This document shows, in pieces, positions 50,001-63,890 of a stretch of 64,000 bases of DNA; the stretch's first letter is position 1; the number at the start of each line of letters is the position of its first letter. The notes under the pieces were generated by a model. The model did no database searches. It was not told the DNA's origin and was given only the letters and a program-made list of their open reading frames with translations. The DNA comes from Dipteris shenzhenensis. Its lineage: Eukaryota. Location of the stretch: assembly GCA_047967505.1 (NCBI GenBank), contig CM106538.1; one strand, written 5' to 3'. The position numbers and the translations under genes were made by a program.

Positions 50001-50667
50001 GGCAGCGGGCAGCGGAGAGGAGGCAGTGCGGGCAGTAAAGGAGAGGCGCAAGGGCAGCATGGGCTGTTGCACGGGCTGGAGGCAATGCGGGCAGGAAAGA
50101 TGAGGCACAGGGGAAGCACGGGCAGCTAGCAACAAGCAAGTTGATGATGATGATCAGCTCCTCCAAGTCGGCTAGCAGCAAGTCGATGATGGGCAGCTCC
50201 TCCAAATCGGCATCTCAATCTTCATGATGAGGCTAGAGCTTGAGGGAAGGGCTGCCCTTTGGGAGAAGGTAGCGTCCATTTCCGGGCTACCTCACTCCTA
50301 AGTTTTGCCCAAGGAAGGGAAAGCTAGAAAGGGGACATGGCTCTAATACCACATGAAGGAATGGGAAGAAGGTGGAAAGGAGGCAAGGGAGCTAGAAGGA
50401 AGGAAACATAACTTGAAATAGAAATGATAGGAAACGGAAATGGAAAGAAAGGCAAGAACCAAAGGAAATCACTTACATGATCAAAAGCTCCACTTGAGTT
50501 AATTGATGTGACAAGTGAAAGTACAACACTCATACAGAGTGGACACACACACTCAAGTACCATATGTATATGGGATAACTCCCAAGATGCTACATGGCAC
50601 TCTCTCACACAAAGACTCATGAACTAGTTCCTAGTACACACTAGAACACACTCTTTGACTATGATTT
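47043..50667 (-). mobile_element. Gag-only copia-derived LTR element B (TR-GAG-like)
   Basis: LTRs 47043-47365 and 50354-50667 (outer end clipped), PBS TGGTATTAGAGCC, PPT. Decayed gag 49884-48677 (EKFKGEGFPTWQ, CRYCKREDHIEAHC) with no pol. Confidence 0.88.
47391..48204 (-). mobile_element. 5'-truncated LINE-B inside element B
   Basis: 12-bp TSD CAAAGAGTGTGA (47379-47390 and 48205-48216); CPRC..ESVQHCLWEC. Confidence 0.9.
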
Positions 50668-50749
50668 GTGAGTGATGGCACATTCATGGTTGGGCAGCCA
50701 TTCTCTAGTCAAAGTAGTCGGTCAATTCTACATATGTACATAGCATACA

Positions 50750-51980
50750 TGAATGGAAATATAAGAGCCCAAGTGTGATGGATTATTCATAATACTTGCA
50801 TTTGAGCTTCTCTTCACCTCCCACATCTTCCGCACTCTGAATATTGACATAGTGTCAGAGGCAGTACCTCAAGTGTTGCTCCCATTGCTATGTCTTCTTC
50901 CATCCACTCAAGGTTTTATCCCTTTGACGTGGAGATAGGTTGCAAGAAGTATACATGCAGAATCAGTGCATTTCTAAATCAGTTCAGCAACTTTCTCACG
51001 TTCTTGGGATTCCATTGAAAGGCATTTGAGCCACCTATCAGTTGCGTTTGCCATGGTATATCCTTCAGCCCCTAGTTTTTTTCTACCAGTATTTTACCTA
51101 CAGTTGAACCAGTTGCAAAAGTGGGCTTTAATAGGCTTTTCCACCTTCATTTACAGTTGCTCCAGATACTAAACCAGCTCAAGACCAGCTTGGAATCCCG
51201 GGATTATAGGAATTGGACTGATTCATCAATTAGTAATGAGTTTGGTGTTGCATATATCTTCATGAATCAGGTAATCCTTCTTGATGTGAAGCTTCCCCAA
51301 CTCTCCATGAAGATGGTTATTGCTTTGGTAGCTAACCATTGCCTCTACAAGGCCCTGGTATGCAAGATGAATTCAAAATAGAATTAGTTTTTTCCTCCCA
51401 TGTGAGTGTAAAAGATTGTCTGCTCTTGGCATTGCGGTTTGGGACATCTTTGTTCATATTCAACAACATTTTGGGCTTATTGTTGAGCTACATTAACACT
51501 TCACACTTCAGGCCCGTGCATATTGGAAGCTCGGCATTGCACTTTGAGTGCACGTTATTCCACTGCATTGGTGAAAAGTACTTGTATGCATTGTTGACAA
51601 TTGTCAAGTGGGAATTTTTATGCTCAATCAATGAGCAGTTGTTGGAAGCTTGGTTCATGCCTAATTCATGACATGTATGATCTTTTTTACACACTACCTT
51701 GGATAGTGAAAGTTGCATCAGTTGGCATTGCTTTTCCATTGTTACTTAGTTACACTTGATGCTCATAATGTCCAGTTCTTGAAAGCTTTCTATTACAGCA
51801 GACAGGTGAGAGTTTTGCATCAGTTGGAACTAACAGTTACATACGTGCTCCCACCTGCCCATTCTCGATCCTAAGTTAGCTACCTGCTGCATTCTTGGAG
51901 GGTGAATTGACGTATTCTTAGCCTGCTGGTCACTTTGAGAAGATATTTCCTAATTACCCCGCCAGTGCTGCCTTTACTGG
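50750..51980 (-). pseudogene. Decayed hAT-like transposase
   Basis: WNNVH..LPIC, MVSYQSNNH, TMANATDRWL and LLATYLH resemble hAT/DUF659 segments in the expected order; many frameshifts. Confidence 0.45.
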
Positions 51981-51990
51981 CCATTGCAGG

Positions 51991-53384
51991 TGTTGAGGGT
52001 AGAGTCCCTCAACATTTGAGAAACATATTAAAAAGGAGAGGAAGAAAGAATTGCAAAACACGCACAAAGACTGTATTCTTGGAGGAGCTCCTACATCCAA
52101 GCATCGACTCCCAAACCAAATAAACCAAAAAGGTGGTCATACAATACTATAGGTAAAATATCCAACATTCACCTCAACCTTCCCTTCTACCTCCTCTAAC
52201 GTCCACTTGCACAAGTAGCTCCCCTCATATATGCTAATATTTCTCTCCTATGTGCCTAACTCTATGTCACATGGACCTCTATAATTGAGTGCAGTGTGAC
52301 ACACTGGCTACATCAACAAGTGATTAATAAATCTCTAAAAAGGTGATTTTCTCGTATGTCGTGGCCCCTTTGTGATTCCTAGTCCAAGGACAATCATGTG
52401 GGTTAGTCTCTCAAGCCTTAGGTCAAGTTGTTGTTCACTTGTACCCATTGAAGAACAATAGATTAGTGTTTCCATCTTGGGGATTAGATAGATCTAGGTC
52501 ATAGCCTAGGATAGGAGTCCCAAAGGGGACCCCAAAGGCTGGCCGACGATTAGAAGAGGTGCAGCCCATGATAGGAGCCCCAAAGGGCAGCACAAGTGTA
52601 GTAAGGGGGCTCAGGGAGGCGCCTTTTATAGTCAGCCTCAACCCCCTTCAACTCAGCCCATAGGGCTGCGTGGGCAGGCCCTACCAGCCAGCCAATTAGC
52701 TGACTGGCTGGTTGGCCAAGTTGGCCGGGAAATTGGCTGACACCAGCCCTTATACAAGGGGCCCCTTGGCCCCTCTTTTGGCGTTCAGCCCCCAGCTTTA
52801 CCAGCAGTAGTTCCAGCCTCTCAGCTAGCTGCAGCCAGCCTCCATACAGCAGCCCAAAGCCACTGTACAGATCAGGAACAAGGAGAGGGTGATTGGCAGC
52901 ACTACAATTTGAGGTTTGAACAGCACAAGCAGTGAGGTTTGAGGTTCTATTTCAGCATCTTTCCTTTCAGTTTTTACAGCTCTTTGCACAGCTCTCTCTC
53001 TCAGTTTCACTCAGGTCTCATCTCTGAGTTCTCAGCTTCATATCTCAGCTCTTTCCGTCCTCAGTTTCACTCCGTTCGCTCTCACTCATGCAGTATTATA
53101 GCATGCCCGTGGACAGTGCTAGCCTCTTTGATAGCCTCGCATAGTGGTCTACAACGTCAGTGTGGGCAGCATTGAGGCCTTGGTTGTGGTTGGGCTGTTT
53201 CTCGGGCTTCAGCTCTTTGTGTTCAAGGTGTCATCCTCAGTTGCATTTCATGCACTCTTGAGGAGTGTCTTTTGTATTTTCAGGTTCTCCAAGTTTGAAG
53301 CAAATTCAACCCTATATCGGGGGAGGGGGCCCTCAGTGGGTACAAGGAACCAACTGGTTGTTCTCTCTCTCTCTGTCTCTGCTG

Positions 53385-53443
<59 letters not shown>

Positions 53444-54737
53444 CGCGCACTCGTGCATACAAAATTACACCTTTCAATAATGTTTAAAGAAGGTCTCATT
53501 GTGATCTGGACGATCATTAACCGTTGCATGCTACATTGCTATCAAAGCTTTGGCCTATAATCCAGCTTGACTACTGCAATTGCATGGTTGTGTTGAGATC
53601 CGGAAAGACCACACATCCAAGAGCCATGGAGCAATAAAGAAGAGAAGAGTACAAGGAGCACAACTCCAAGAAGACAAAGACAGTCATAAGAATATGCTTC
53701 TGCTAAGCACTCAAGACATGTTGGAGAAGCTTATGGAGCGCAACAACTCTTGTCCCAGTTGGAAGAAAGTTCATGGCAATTGGCAGAAAAAAGAGGAAAA
53801 TTGGAGGAGACAAAGAAGCAGCTCAAAGAAAAAGAAGAAAAAGAGGGAGCAAGTCTGGAAGAAGGCAAAGGAACGTTGGATTTTGAAAAACTGCTCTTAT
53901 TGATGCGCAAAGAACATAAGCATGAGGAGGCAATTAGCTACGACTAGATGGCCCAAGCCGAGAAGCAACATAGACTAGACCTAGAAGCCATGCCTCTCCA
54001 GCTCCTATAGATGTTAACCACTATGCAAGCTAGCATGAGCACAGCAGTTCCTAGAGCCACACCAGCCTCGACATCAGTCAAGTTCAGTCCGCTCACCCAG
54101 TCCACGCCAAAATTCACAAAATATGATGGTAAGTGTGACCACTCAGCTATCTTGCAGTTTATTCACCAGTTTGTCACTCACTTTTTGTTAGCATGCATAC
54201 AGGATGAATAAGAGAAGTACATCTAGTAGCTCCTCATCTTACTTTCTGTTAGCATGCATACAAGATGAACAAGAGAAGTCTCCTCATCTTACTAGTGAGG
54301 CAGTTATGTGGTGGCAGCATTGGGTCAGTAGCCATACTGACGTACCACACATGTCAATGATTTCATTTGGGATATGTTTGTGTCTGATCTTAAAGCTTGT
54401 TTTTTACCACCTCAGTGTATGCTTAACCTTAAAGATGAGTTTTCTCATCTCTCCTAGAATGGCTTGTCTGTGTATAACAACAGGATCATCACACTGACAC
54501 AGCAATTGGGTGTCTCCAAAAACAATAAGCTAAAGAAATTCATTAGAGGATTGGGTTCCAACATTTGTTTTCTCATTTGGAATTGACTTGCTCACCTACG
54601 AGCGTGCGCTTATCCTTGCTAAGAACCAGGGGATGATGTTGAACGAGGCGAGGAAGCCTAAGCAAGTCCAGACAAGAGCCAAATCTCCGCAGCAATCCTC
54701 AAACCCAATAGGTAAAGGCCCTCAGTAGAAGGACAGT
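51991..54737 (+). mobile_element. Ty3/gypsy 5' remnant: probable long LTR and decayed gag
   Basis: KFTKYDG..ILQF..LTSEAVMWW..F...LK..FLPP..KFIRGL (retrotransposon gag). The LTR-like region is ~51991-53335. Confidence 0.72.
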
Positions 54738-57330
54738 ATGGAGTCAAGATGAGTGAGTTTTATGTGTGTTTTGATCTGGTGTGTCCTATGGATGCCACAT
54801 GTCATATTGGGAGATATCCCATATGCACTTTGGTACTCTATGTTCAATGTCTAATTATATAAGGTTGTACTTGTGATTGTGTGTGACATCATTGGGGTCA
54901 ACTTCAAGCTTTCACACTGTAAGTCTTTCATTGGTTTAGTACTTTCATTTCTCTTTCATTTCCATTTCCATAGTTGCATTCCTTGCTTTCGTCTTCGCCT
55001 TCCTACCCTACCTCCTCTCCCTCCTACTCTTTGCTCCAACACATGGTATCAGAGCTAGCTCTTCTCTCCTCCTTTCTCCTTGCTTCTCCAAGGAAATGAG
55101 GTTGAGGGAGGCCAAAAGAAGCTACTCTCCTCTTCCCTCATGAAGAGCCTACCTTTGCCTCTTCATCGCTGCCTTCTCCTTCATTGAGCTCTAGTATCTT
55201 CATTGCCTCCTTCTCCTTATCGTCTTCTCATCCGTCACCACAAGCCTCTCCTCCATCGTGATCTCTTCCTCTTAACTGTGAAAATCTCTCCTTCACAATT
55301 GCTGAAAGCAGCCATTCAATGGCTGTTGGCATTGCTGCGTGAAGCAGATGTATATGAAGCAGATTCAGCTGCTGGAGCTGATTCGTTGAGCTGCTGCATA
55401 GAAGACTTCGTGGGGAAGCCACGTAATTGATTCGTTGCTGCATACAGAAGGCACATTGGATTTCTAATTCAAGGTGCTACTGTGGAGTTGGTTCGTGTCT
55501 GCTACGTTGAGGAGATGATTCATGAGTATTGTGTGGAGCTATAAGCATCGATTGGTGGCGGTTCACAGCTTGTTCATGGCATGAAGAAGCTTGGGTGATT
55601 GCAATTCATGAGTAGGACTTCTGGTCGTCCATTTTTCGCTACTGTTGGGACTAATTTGATTCCATCTATTTGCTGAGTTGACCTCACACCAAGGTCTGAA
55701 ATATCTCTCTTCTTTCTTGCTTCATCCTTACTGAAATTGAGTCTTTTAAATCTGCTATTACTATTGAGAAATTTTCTGGCAAGAACTTTCCCACATGGCA
55801 AACCAAGCTGAGGCTTACGCTTATGAAGGAAGGTGTGTGGAATGTCATGAGTGGAAAGGACACAAAGCCTATATTAGATGAGAAGAAAATCCTATAATGG
55901 AAAAATCTCCATGACAAAACTCTTGCTATCATTGGTTTGGGTTTGTTTGATGAGTTTATTCATCGTTTAGCTTTTGATTACACTGCACAAGAATTGTCGG
56001 AAAAATTAGAACGCGTGTTTGGTAACAAAATTATCAACTCCAAAGTATTTCTTAGCATGCATTCTTTAAGCTTCAAACGAAGCATGAAGATTCTCTCAAT
56101 GCATATTTGAATCATATGGAATCTCTCATCACTCAACTTGCTGTGTTGAAGAGCCCTGTTGGGGAAGATGATCAGGTTGTTGTCCTCCTTTCTAGCATTG
56201 AGGATATTCTTAAATATCGTTATATTATTCCAGCACTTTGTGTGGCACCGGATATGAAATTTGATGAGATGTTTGCGATGCTCATTGATTAATGATAGAA
56301 GCCATAAGGAAGGATGACCATGAGGAAGTGGCATTGTTTTCTAAGGGTAAAACCAAATTCAAGCCTCTGAAGTGTACATATTGTAAGAAGCTTAGCCATA
56401 CAGAGGATCGTTGTTTTCAGAAGCTTGCCAAGCAACAATCATGCTAACTTGGTTACACCTACCACTAGTGAAGAAGAAAAAGAAAAGGAAGAAGAAATCC
56501 CGACACAAAATTATGCTCTTACTGCTGAAATCCAACATCTCTCTCTTCCTCAAGATGTAGATGAGGATGATGAGTTTGTTTTCTAAATCTTTCCATGAGT
56601 GTATCTGCCCTAGGTATTGTCCAAAAATGATTGTAATATCTCACGAGTATTTGTCTCCTTGAGTCAATAAAGGTTCTCAACCTTGGATAGTTCTCCTAAA
56701 GTGATGTATTGCTTTATTATGTGTGGCTCCATGTCACTAATTAGTCCCATTTTGGAGCCAGGAGGGGGATGTATTGTGGGAGCCTCATTGTGTTGGTCTT
56801 TGATGGGTTTTTTTATCTAGCCTAGCCAAGTTCTAGGATGTTGGTGTAGCCCCTACACCTATGAGTTGGTCATGTGGCCATTCTAGTAAGTCATGAGCTA
56901 TGAGAGTGCTTGGATCAATCTCTGAACATGCTCAGACTTTAGCCTCTGAGTTACATGGGGTGCACAGATTAGTAGATCCCACCATTGCCATGTTCTATTC
57001 TTGGTTCCATTCCAATAGTCCCTCACCTTTCCTCCATGGGGGGTGCTAGGAAATGGAGTCAAGATGAGTGAGTTTCATGTGTGTTTTAGTCTAGTGTGTC
57101 CTATGGAAGCCTCGTGTCATATTGGGAGATATCCCATATGCACTTTGGTACTCTATATCTAGTGTCTAAATTATGTAATGAAGTACTTATTTTGAAACTT
57201 TAACCTTTCACAATGTAGGTCTTTCATTGGTTTAGTACTTTCATTTCTCTTTCATTTCCATTTCCATTTCCATTGTTGCATTCCTTGCTTTCCTCTTCCT
57301 CTTCCTATCCTACCTCCTCTCCCTACTCCT
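54738..57330 (+). mobile_element. Gag-only copia-derived LTR element C (TR-GAG-like)
   Basis: LTRs ~54738-55041 and 57044-57330 (outer ends clipped), PBS 55044-55055. Gag ~55750-56586 (IEKFSGKNFPTWQ, CTYCKKLSHTEDRC) with no pol. Confidence 0.88.
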
Positions 57331-58520
57331 CGTCACTATATGCAGTGGTCTAGATGGGAGAGGTGCCTACTTCTACAGTGGGCGCCTGGCAGGCCTTTAG
57401 GAGACTTCCACAGGATCAGAGACTCTTAGCAATTGCCCACCTCAGAGGGAGTGCAATCAGGATACAGAAGATAGAGCAGCCATTCCGACAGAGTGGATAG
57501 ACATATATGATAGGTGCAGAGAGGAGTTTGAGTGCCAGTCCTTCATTTGGCACCCAGAGGTCCGGGATCAAGATGGATGTATGCTTGGACAGCAGACACA
57601 CATAGGCTGGGCTTAGTGGGACGATGGACCAGCCAACTTGTTTGCGGCTTGGAGCATACTCCCATCCAACCCTGAGGTGCATTTGAGGGCTCTTTCTCAC
57701 TTGCGAGGAGCCGGGCACCAGATGAGCGATATAGATGCAACCATTCCAGAGGCATGGGGGATAGCTTTGCAAACTTGGGCAAATGGCAAATGGCTAGGAC
57801 AGTTCTCTAGGACAGGTGTCCCTACGGATCATGAAGCAGCAAAGAAGTGATCGAGTCAGTCTCTTCACAGTGGGGATGGGGGTACTTCTCTAGCCACGGG
57901 TAGAGGGATACCTAGAGATGGATGGGAGCCTAGACTCATTGCATTGGCAGCTGATCAGGATAGTGAGTTGTCTGCAAGTCATGGTTTATTGACCCTCCCA
58001 CCATCTCGGACGAGAAGATCCCGCAATGGTGTCTTTGGCTCTGGGAGGGCCGCCCCCTTTGGGAGAATCAATGGGATCTAGGAGAGTGGTTCTCGCTATC
58101 TAGAATTGGTCACACGGAGAGGGTGGAGGAGATGCCCTTCTTCTTCTATACGACATGGATTGGATGGCATCTACAGATGGATGTATCGACCTGAACTCTT
58201 TCAAGAAAGAGACACTGGGGGGAGTAGCAGGTTTCTTAGGAGGTTCGTGTTCAATTCTTGATGCACCTATGGTCCAGTCGTCAACCTTGAAAGATCTCCT
58301 ATTTCTTCTGGTTGACCGCTCATCACGGAGGATTCCCTATAGGCCCTTGGCTAGAGCAGATGAGGATTGATGGGCGCTGTTAGAGCTGCACGGAGCGGGT
58401 CTTGGAGATGATCCCACACTATCTCTGGAGCTGCCAAAGCACTCAAAGGATCTAGCTAGGCTCCTGCAGATTGTGGCCCGGATGCAGATTATCCTGATGA
58501 AGTGGGGAGTGGGTGAGTAA

Positions 58521-58558
<38 letters not shown>

Positions 58559-61500
58559 CGCACACGATCTAGCTATCTGTACACTATGTTGTATTAATAG
58601 AACATAAATATGAATATATACGTGTGAACCCCTTAGGGTTAGGGTTAGGGTTTGCCCCTATGCCCTATAGGTATGGTGCAATTTACACCATTCTTAACAC
58701 CCCCTCTTAAATTGCACTGTGAAAGTAGAGGGTGCATGTACAAGATCTTTTTGTATTTCGTTTGGTGCAAATGATACCATCCAAAACTGGAAAGAATCAG
58801 AGTAGTATGTGCATTTGTGAGCACAATGACTACGTAATGGAAGCATGTACAATAAGTACAACCTACGATTTTGTACATAACATGCATTCCCCATCTTAGG
58901 TTGAGGGTCATCCTTCGCCTTTGGGAATAAAAACCAAAACATAAGCTGAAGGGAAGAGGAAGGAAATATACAGAAAGTAAAGTCCACCTGGATCAAAGAC
59001 TAGTTGATCGAAAGATGATTTCGTGAATGACTGCATGTATGGCTGCGTGCTGAACATGTCAAAGCTGAACATGTTATGTGTCATTGTGGACTGTGCAGCT
59101 GCTCTGAAGAAGAGGCATCCGAATGTGAATCTAGTCGATGTAGCCATGAAGATAGAATCTGATAGGTTGTGACATACAAGAATGTCACCAGCCCAAACGA
59201 ACTAATAGCAATGTCAAAGGTATGCTGCAGTAGAACTATAATCTATGGGGTCAAAGAAGACCGCATAGTTGATGTGGATAAGTGATCCAGGGGTTGCATA
59301 AAAAGATGGGGCCGAAGGTGCAAGTGTGATACTCTGCTCTGCTGAAGAAGAGACCCGTAAAACTCACAAGGTATGGTGACCTGTCAAACCTGTATGCTCA
59401 ACTGTCATGAGCTGAAGGTCATCTGCTATGTGCATGGATAAACATCCGTCGGCATAGGATGTAGCATCTATCAAAGGCTCAAGGTGGAGCTAACAGTGTA
59501 AATGCCTAGAAGCCTGAAAACAAATGAGAAAGCATATCCCTGAGGCATATGCAGTGCCGAATGCTGATGTAGGGACTAATTTGAAGTCCTGGATCCAACC
59601 ACAAATCTGCATCAAGTATGGACTATATACGACAGCCATAAGTGTATGCTGAAATACTGAGGTTTCCCAAGTTGCACTATGGCTGAACCTGATGATGTCC
59701 ACTACACTGGGGCAGGACTGCATTGATGCGTAAATGTCCTTGTGTTGAGGAATGATCTACTGATCGAAGGTGGTGGAGAAACTGGATCCACGGGTGGTGC
59801 AATGCGGCATGATTGAGCCGATGCTGGAATGTCCTGAAGACTAATCCACTGATGGAATACTCCATGTCATAGGTGCAAGCATCAGGGAATGAAATCACTT
59901 GAAGTACTAGATGTACTGTGGCATGTATCGCTGCATGCGCTGGAGATGTGAGTTTCTCGTATTGAGACTTACCTGCTCAATAATGGCATGATCACTAGTG
60001 AACTCTTGTAGAGTATCTATATCATCTGTGGCAAAAGATGGAGTGGATCAATGCATGAATGTGATGGCTGTCCATCACTGGAATTAGACTGTGGTGATGT
60101 GGATGGGACTGCCTCATGTTGAGGGCTTACCGTCAAATGTGCCTCATGCTGAGGGCTTATCGAGAAATGTGCATGATCAGAAACTGTGGGCTGATCCATG
60201 CTAACATGTGATGCATTTGCATATGATCTCTCTCTCAAGACCAATGAGGCTCGGGTGACCGTCATAAACTGGCACATACCCTGTGGCAATAAATGGTCGA
60301 AGTAGATTCTCTTTCCACTCATGGATCTCATCCGCAATCATGACTGGTGTATCATCAACTGTGTGATGTGAATAACTCCATGCTAGAGGCGGTCTAGTGC
60401 TCTGTGCTAGAGGCTTACCCTGTACCGGCGAGAGTGTCTACCCATGAGAACACTATAAAAGCTGTCACCAAGGGGGCTTATGCTAAACTGTCAAAACCAA
60501 GTCTTGTGAGAACATGTATATGCCAAGGAACAAGCCTGTAACAAAAATGATAACTGTGTGTCGTACATAGCCCAGAGGTTGTACAAGGCTGATAATTATG
60601 TGTAGGAACCAATGCCAAACAATAGTCAACAATGTGTGACTTTACATGGGTGGGTGTGTGCAAGGTGAATGCAACAATCATGAATCCGAGAAAGATCAAT
60701 CTACCAAGTGTCACATTGTGTGATGATAGATCCGATGGGACTAACGCCGATGGGAACTAATCGGGTAATATGGCAATGGCTTACTTGGCATGGTGGAGTT
60801 GAATCTCCTCTAAGGCTGTGCTAGTCTACAACTAGACTACATGTCCAAGCGTCAAATGCAGTAAAATGAATTTTAGTTCATTGATTTTATGTGCTACGCT
60901 ATAATGGATTAGGAGGTGGTTTCGATGATGAGGATTTCATGATGCTGACTTGTGGAAAAGTCATACTACAAATATGAGGTGCTCATCACGTAGAGCAAGA
61001 TCTGGAGATCATTTTTGCTTTTTGGACCACTACGAAATTCCCTTTGGATCAAAATGGCTATTTGAAATATGTGCCAAACTTTGTCCAAGGAGAGTGGTCA
61101 AAAAGATGATGTGGCACATGGTGATGTGGGACTGTGTGTTCACGTACAAGATGCACTTTGTGCTTGTGAAGAGAAAATAGTGCCTAGCAGGAGGTTGTGC
61201 AACGTTGGCTTGTGGTGAGGTGATAGGCTGAGGTCACATGTAGAATAGAAAAATGTGCCTGTGGCACAGTCTGCTTATGTGGCACATGCTGACATGTCAT
61301 GTTGATTGGGGAGATGACTTGACAATGACGTGGCTATTTGAGATGATGTGTCACTACTTGTGTGGTGGATGATGTGTCACTACACAATCACAGTGCTAAT
61401 GTGGCAATAGGTTGCTGATGTGGTAGCTAGCTTAACCTTGGTGACATGGCCATGGAGAGCTAACCATATTAGTTGACCCTCGTGACGTGGCATAGTTTGC

Positions 61501-63890
61501 CACATGGCCAAATTTTGACCACACTCACCAAACTGAGTTAATCCTTACCCAACCCTATCTGCCACGTGGAATTGCAAGGTGTGGGGCAGAAGATCAAGTG
61601 TGTGAGGTCCTTGGGGATAGCATCCACAGAGATGGCGATGACGTTCGCAGGCAAGGCAAGGAGAAGATGGTCGTTTGGGCTTGCCGAGGTCACATTACTA
61701 GCTCGTGGAGAGCATTGGTAGTCAGTTGGGCTACTTTGCATGTAGTCCGTCGCCTTGTTTGTGTCTGTGATTGCGCGAGCGTAGAAGCTTGTAGGGTGAT
61801 GGAGAGCGGGCTTGCTCGTTGATGGAAAAAAGCGTGACGGCTGCTTTTGCTGGCTATGGCATCGTTTGCATTCGTTGTTGGCCGGTTGAGCATAGCTGGG
61901 CCTCACTGTTTGGTGGGGTGCTGTTTTGTTGGGTCGCCTGCTGCTAACCGTTGACGCTGTATCGTTTGAGCCTGTCTGCCGAGGCGTGAAGGCGAGGTGT
62001 GGAGATCTGTGAAGGAGGTCGATGGCGACTAAGAGCCTAGTTGGTCGATGATGCTTTGGAGCCGAGCTAGTCTTGATGCTATAGAGTCGTCAAAGGACTG
62101 AACGTTTGCTGCAGTTGTGGGCTTGAGGTGACTGTGCGGGGTGCTTGACATGGACCTTTCCGAAGTGCCTTGCTGGATCACTCAGTTGAGGCTCGTTGAG
62201 ACTGGCGTCGGAGGACTGTCACAGGAGCTACTATTGATATTCGAAGTTGGAGGCGTGCTGGTTGTTGATAGAGTTGAGCCAGGTTGAGTCATTTGACTCA
62301 TTGAAGTTGGCGCTACCTTGAGTTCGAGTCGTAGGCTGGAGTGCGCATTGCAGGAGATGTTGGACTTGTGGGTGCTTTGCATGGGCGTCAAAGGAGCGTT
62401 GGGCTTTGGGCTCGAGATCGGGGGCTATGCACGGAGCTTCAGGTCATTTGGGATGGATGTCGGGCTGAGGCATCTGTGGGCAAAGCCTACTAGTTGCTTT
62501 GGCGTAGGATCTTTTGGTTGTCGGGTTATGCTGTTTGGCGATGGATCTTTTGGCTGTCCGGTGATGCGTAGGATCTTTTGGCTGTCCGGTCATGCTGTTC
62601 AGTTATGCTGTAAACATTGCTGAAGCTGGGCGCTTTGGAGCTGCCTGCACCTTAGCGTTGTGGCATAGGCTGCTTGTGAAGATACTCTTTGCTGACGACC
62701 TTCACAAAAAACCTTTACAAGATGCTATCTTTGTCTGTGATGCCAAGCATATCCACATTTAGTAGTCGGGCTGATACTGTGTGGTTAAAGCCGATCGTGG
62801 AGCATTGTAGGTCACTAGTGCTTGCTTGATGTAGGTAGTAGATTCCGCCCTGTTGCCTTGTATGCACTCGAAGTGCTGAGAAATCAAGACAAAGTCTCTT
62901 TGGACACTCGAATCACCATTCTCTCTCTCTCTCTCGACACTCAAAAATCTCTCTTTTTCTCTCTCAGACAAGAAGAATGAACTGATTGATGAACTGAAAT
63001 GTCTCTTTTCTCACAAGAGAAATCTCTCAAGGAAATCTTCACCAAAAATCTCAAAAATCTCTAAAGTGGAATGAATAGAGATCCTCACAACATCCCACAC
63101 GGAAATCTTTCAAGGAACTGAAAGAATGGAAGGAATTCTCTCACCAATGGACAAAAATTCTGTCACACATATCTCACTCTCCATAGCTCAGAAAGATGAG
63201 CTTTTTGAACCGAATCGAAGAGGAGGAGGTCTATGATGAGAGCTAGAGAAGGAATCGAGAGGCCTCAAAGGGAGGGCTTACTACCTCGACAGAGAAAGGG
63301 CTCGCATGCCTTGACGGAATACATGTGAACCCCTTAGGGTTAGGGTTAGGGTTAGGGTGTGCTCCTATGCCCTATAGGTATGGTGCAATTTATACCATCC
63401 TTAACATATCCACCGATGGCAGCCTGGTTGACGGAGGGGCCCCATGCCTCGCATATTGATGATGTCTCTCTAGCCTATAGGATATGCAAACAGAGCGCCT
63501 ACTGTATCGAGCTACATGAGGCGACGACTCCTTCCCGACACCATCCTCCCTTGGCTCTTGAGGATGGTGTGTGGGAGACCGTGGCCAGTATCACAGCATG
63601 GAACATAAGAGCGCGGGACATTTGACTCTAGAGAGACCATCGAAAAGCAAGAGCATTTCTGCAAGGCATGGCATGTAGGGGTTTTTTACATTATCATGCC
63701 GTGAGGGATTTGATGATTGTATAGTCCCCCCTAAGATACCCTAGGTGATGAGCTGAGATCTCAGGATGCAGGCTGGCCTCTGCCAAGCTTGAGGTTTTCA
63801 TTCCCAGTTGGCACCTTTGGGACGACCAACTTCTATGGTTTGTTTCTAAGCATTAATTGAATGCTCTTTTTCTTGTCTTTTTAAAAATTA
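57331..63890 (+). mobile_element. LINE fragments: short LINE-B piece, then LINE-A (~57510-58494, resuming 63407-63890)
   Basis: Colinear with 31815-31970 and with 24030-25620; split by the LTR element at 58495-63406. Confidence 0.85.
58495..63406 (-). mobile_element. Non-autonomous LTR element (LARD-like) with (TTAGGG)n in its LTRs
   Basis: TATCC TSD (58490-58494 and 63407-63411); 3' LTR 58495-58699 with adjacent PPT AAGAGGGGG; partial 5' LTR ~63323-63406. No recognisable pol. Confidence 0.85.

Noticed and set aside
49723-50205. Cluster of overlapping ORFs
   Set aside because: GC-rich leader of LTR element B; only the gag start is meaningful.
53144-53560. Overlapping ORFs with ER/SL repeats
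   Set aside because: Translations of a (CT)n/(CTGTCT)n microsatellite.
58633-58650. True telomere or chromosome-healing site
   Set aside because: Only 3-4 units, embedded at equivalent positions in paired LTRs bounded by a TSD.
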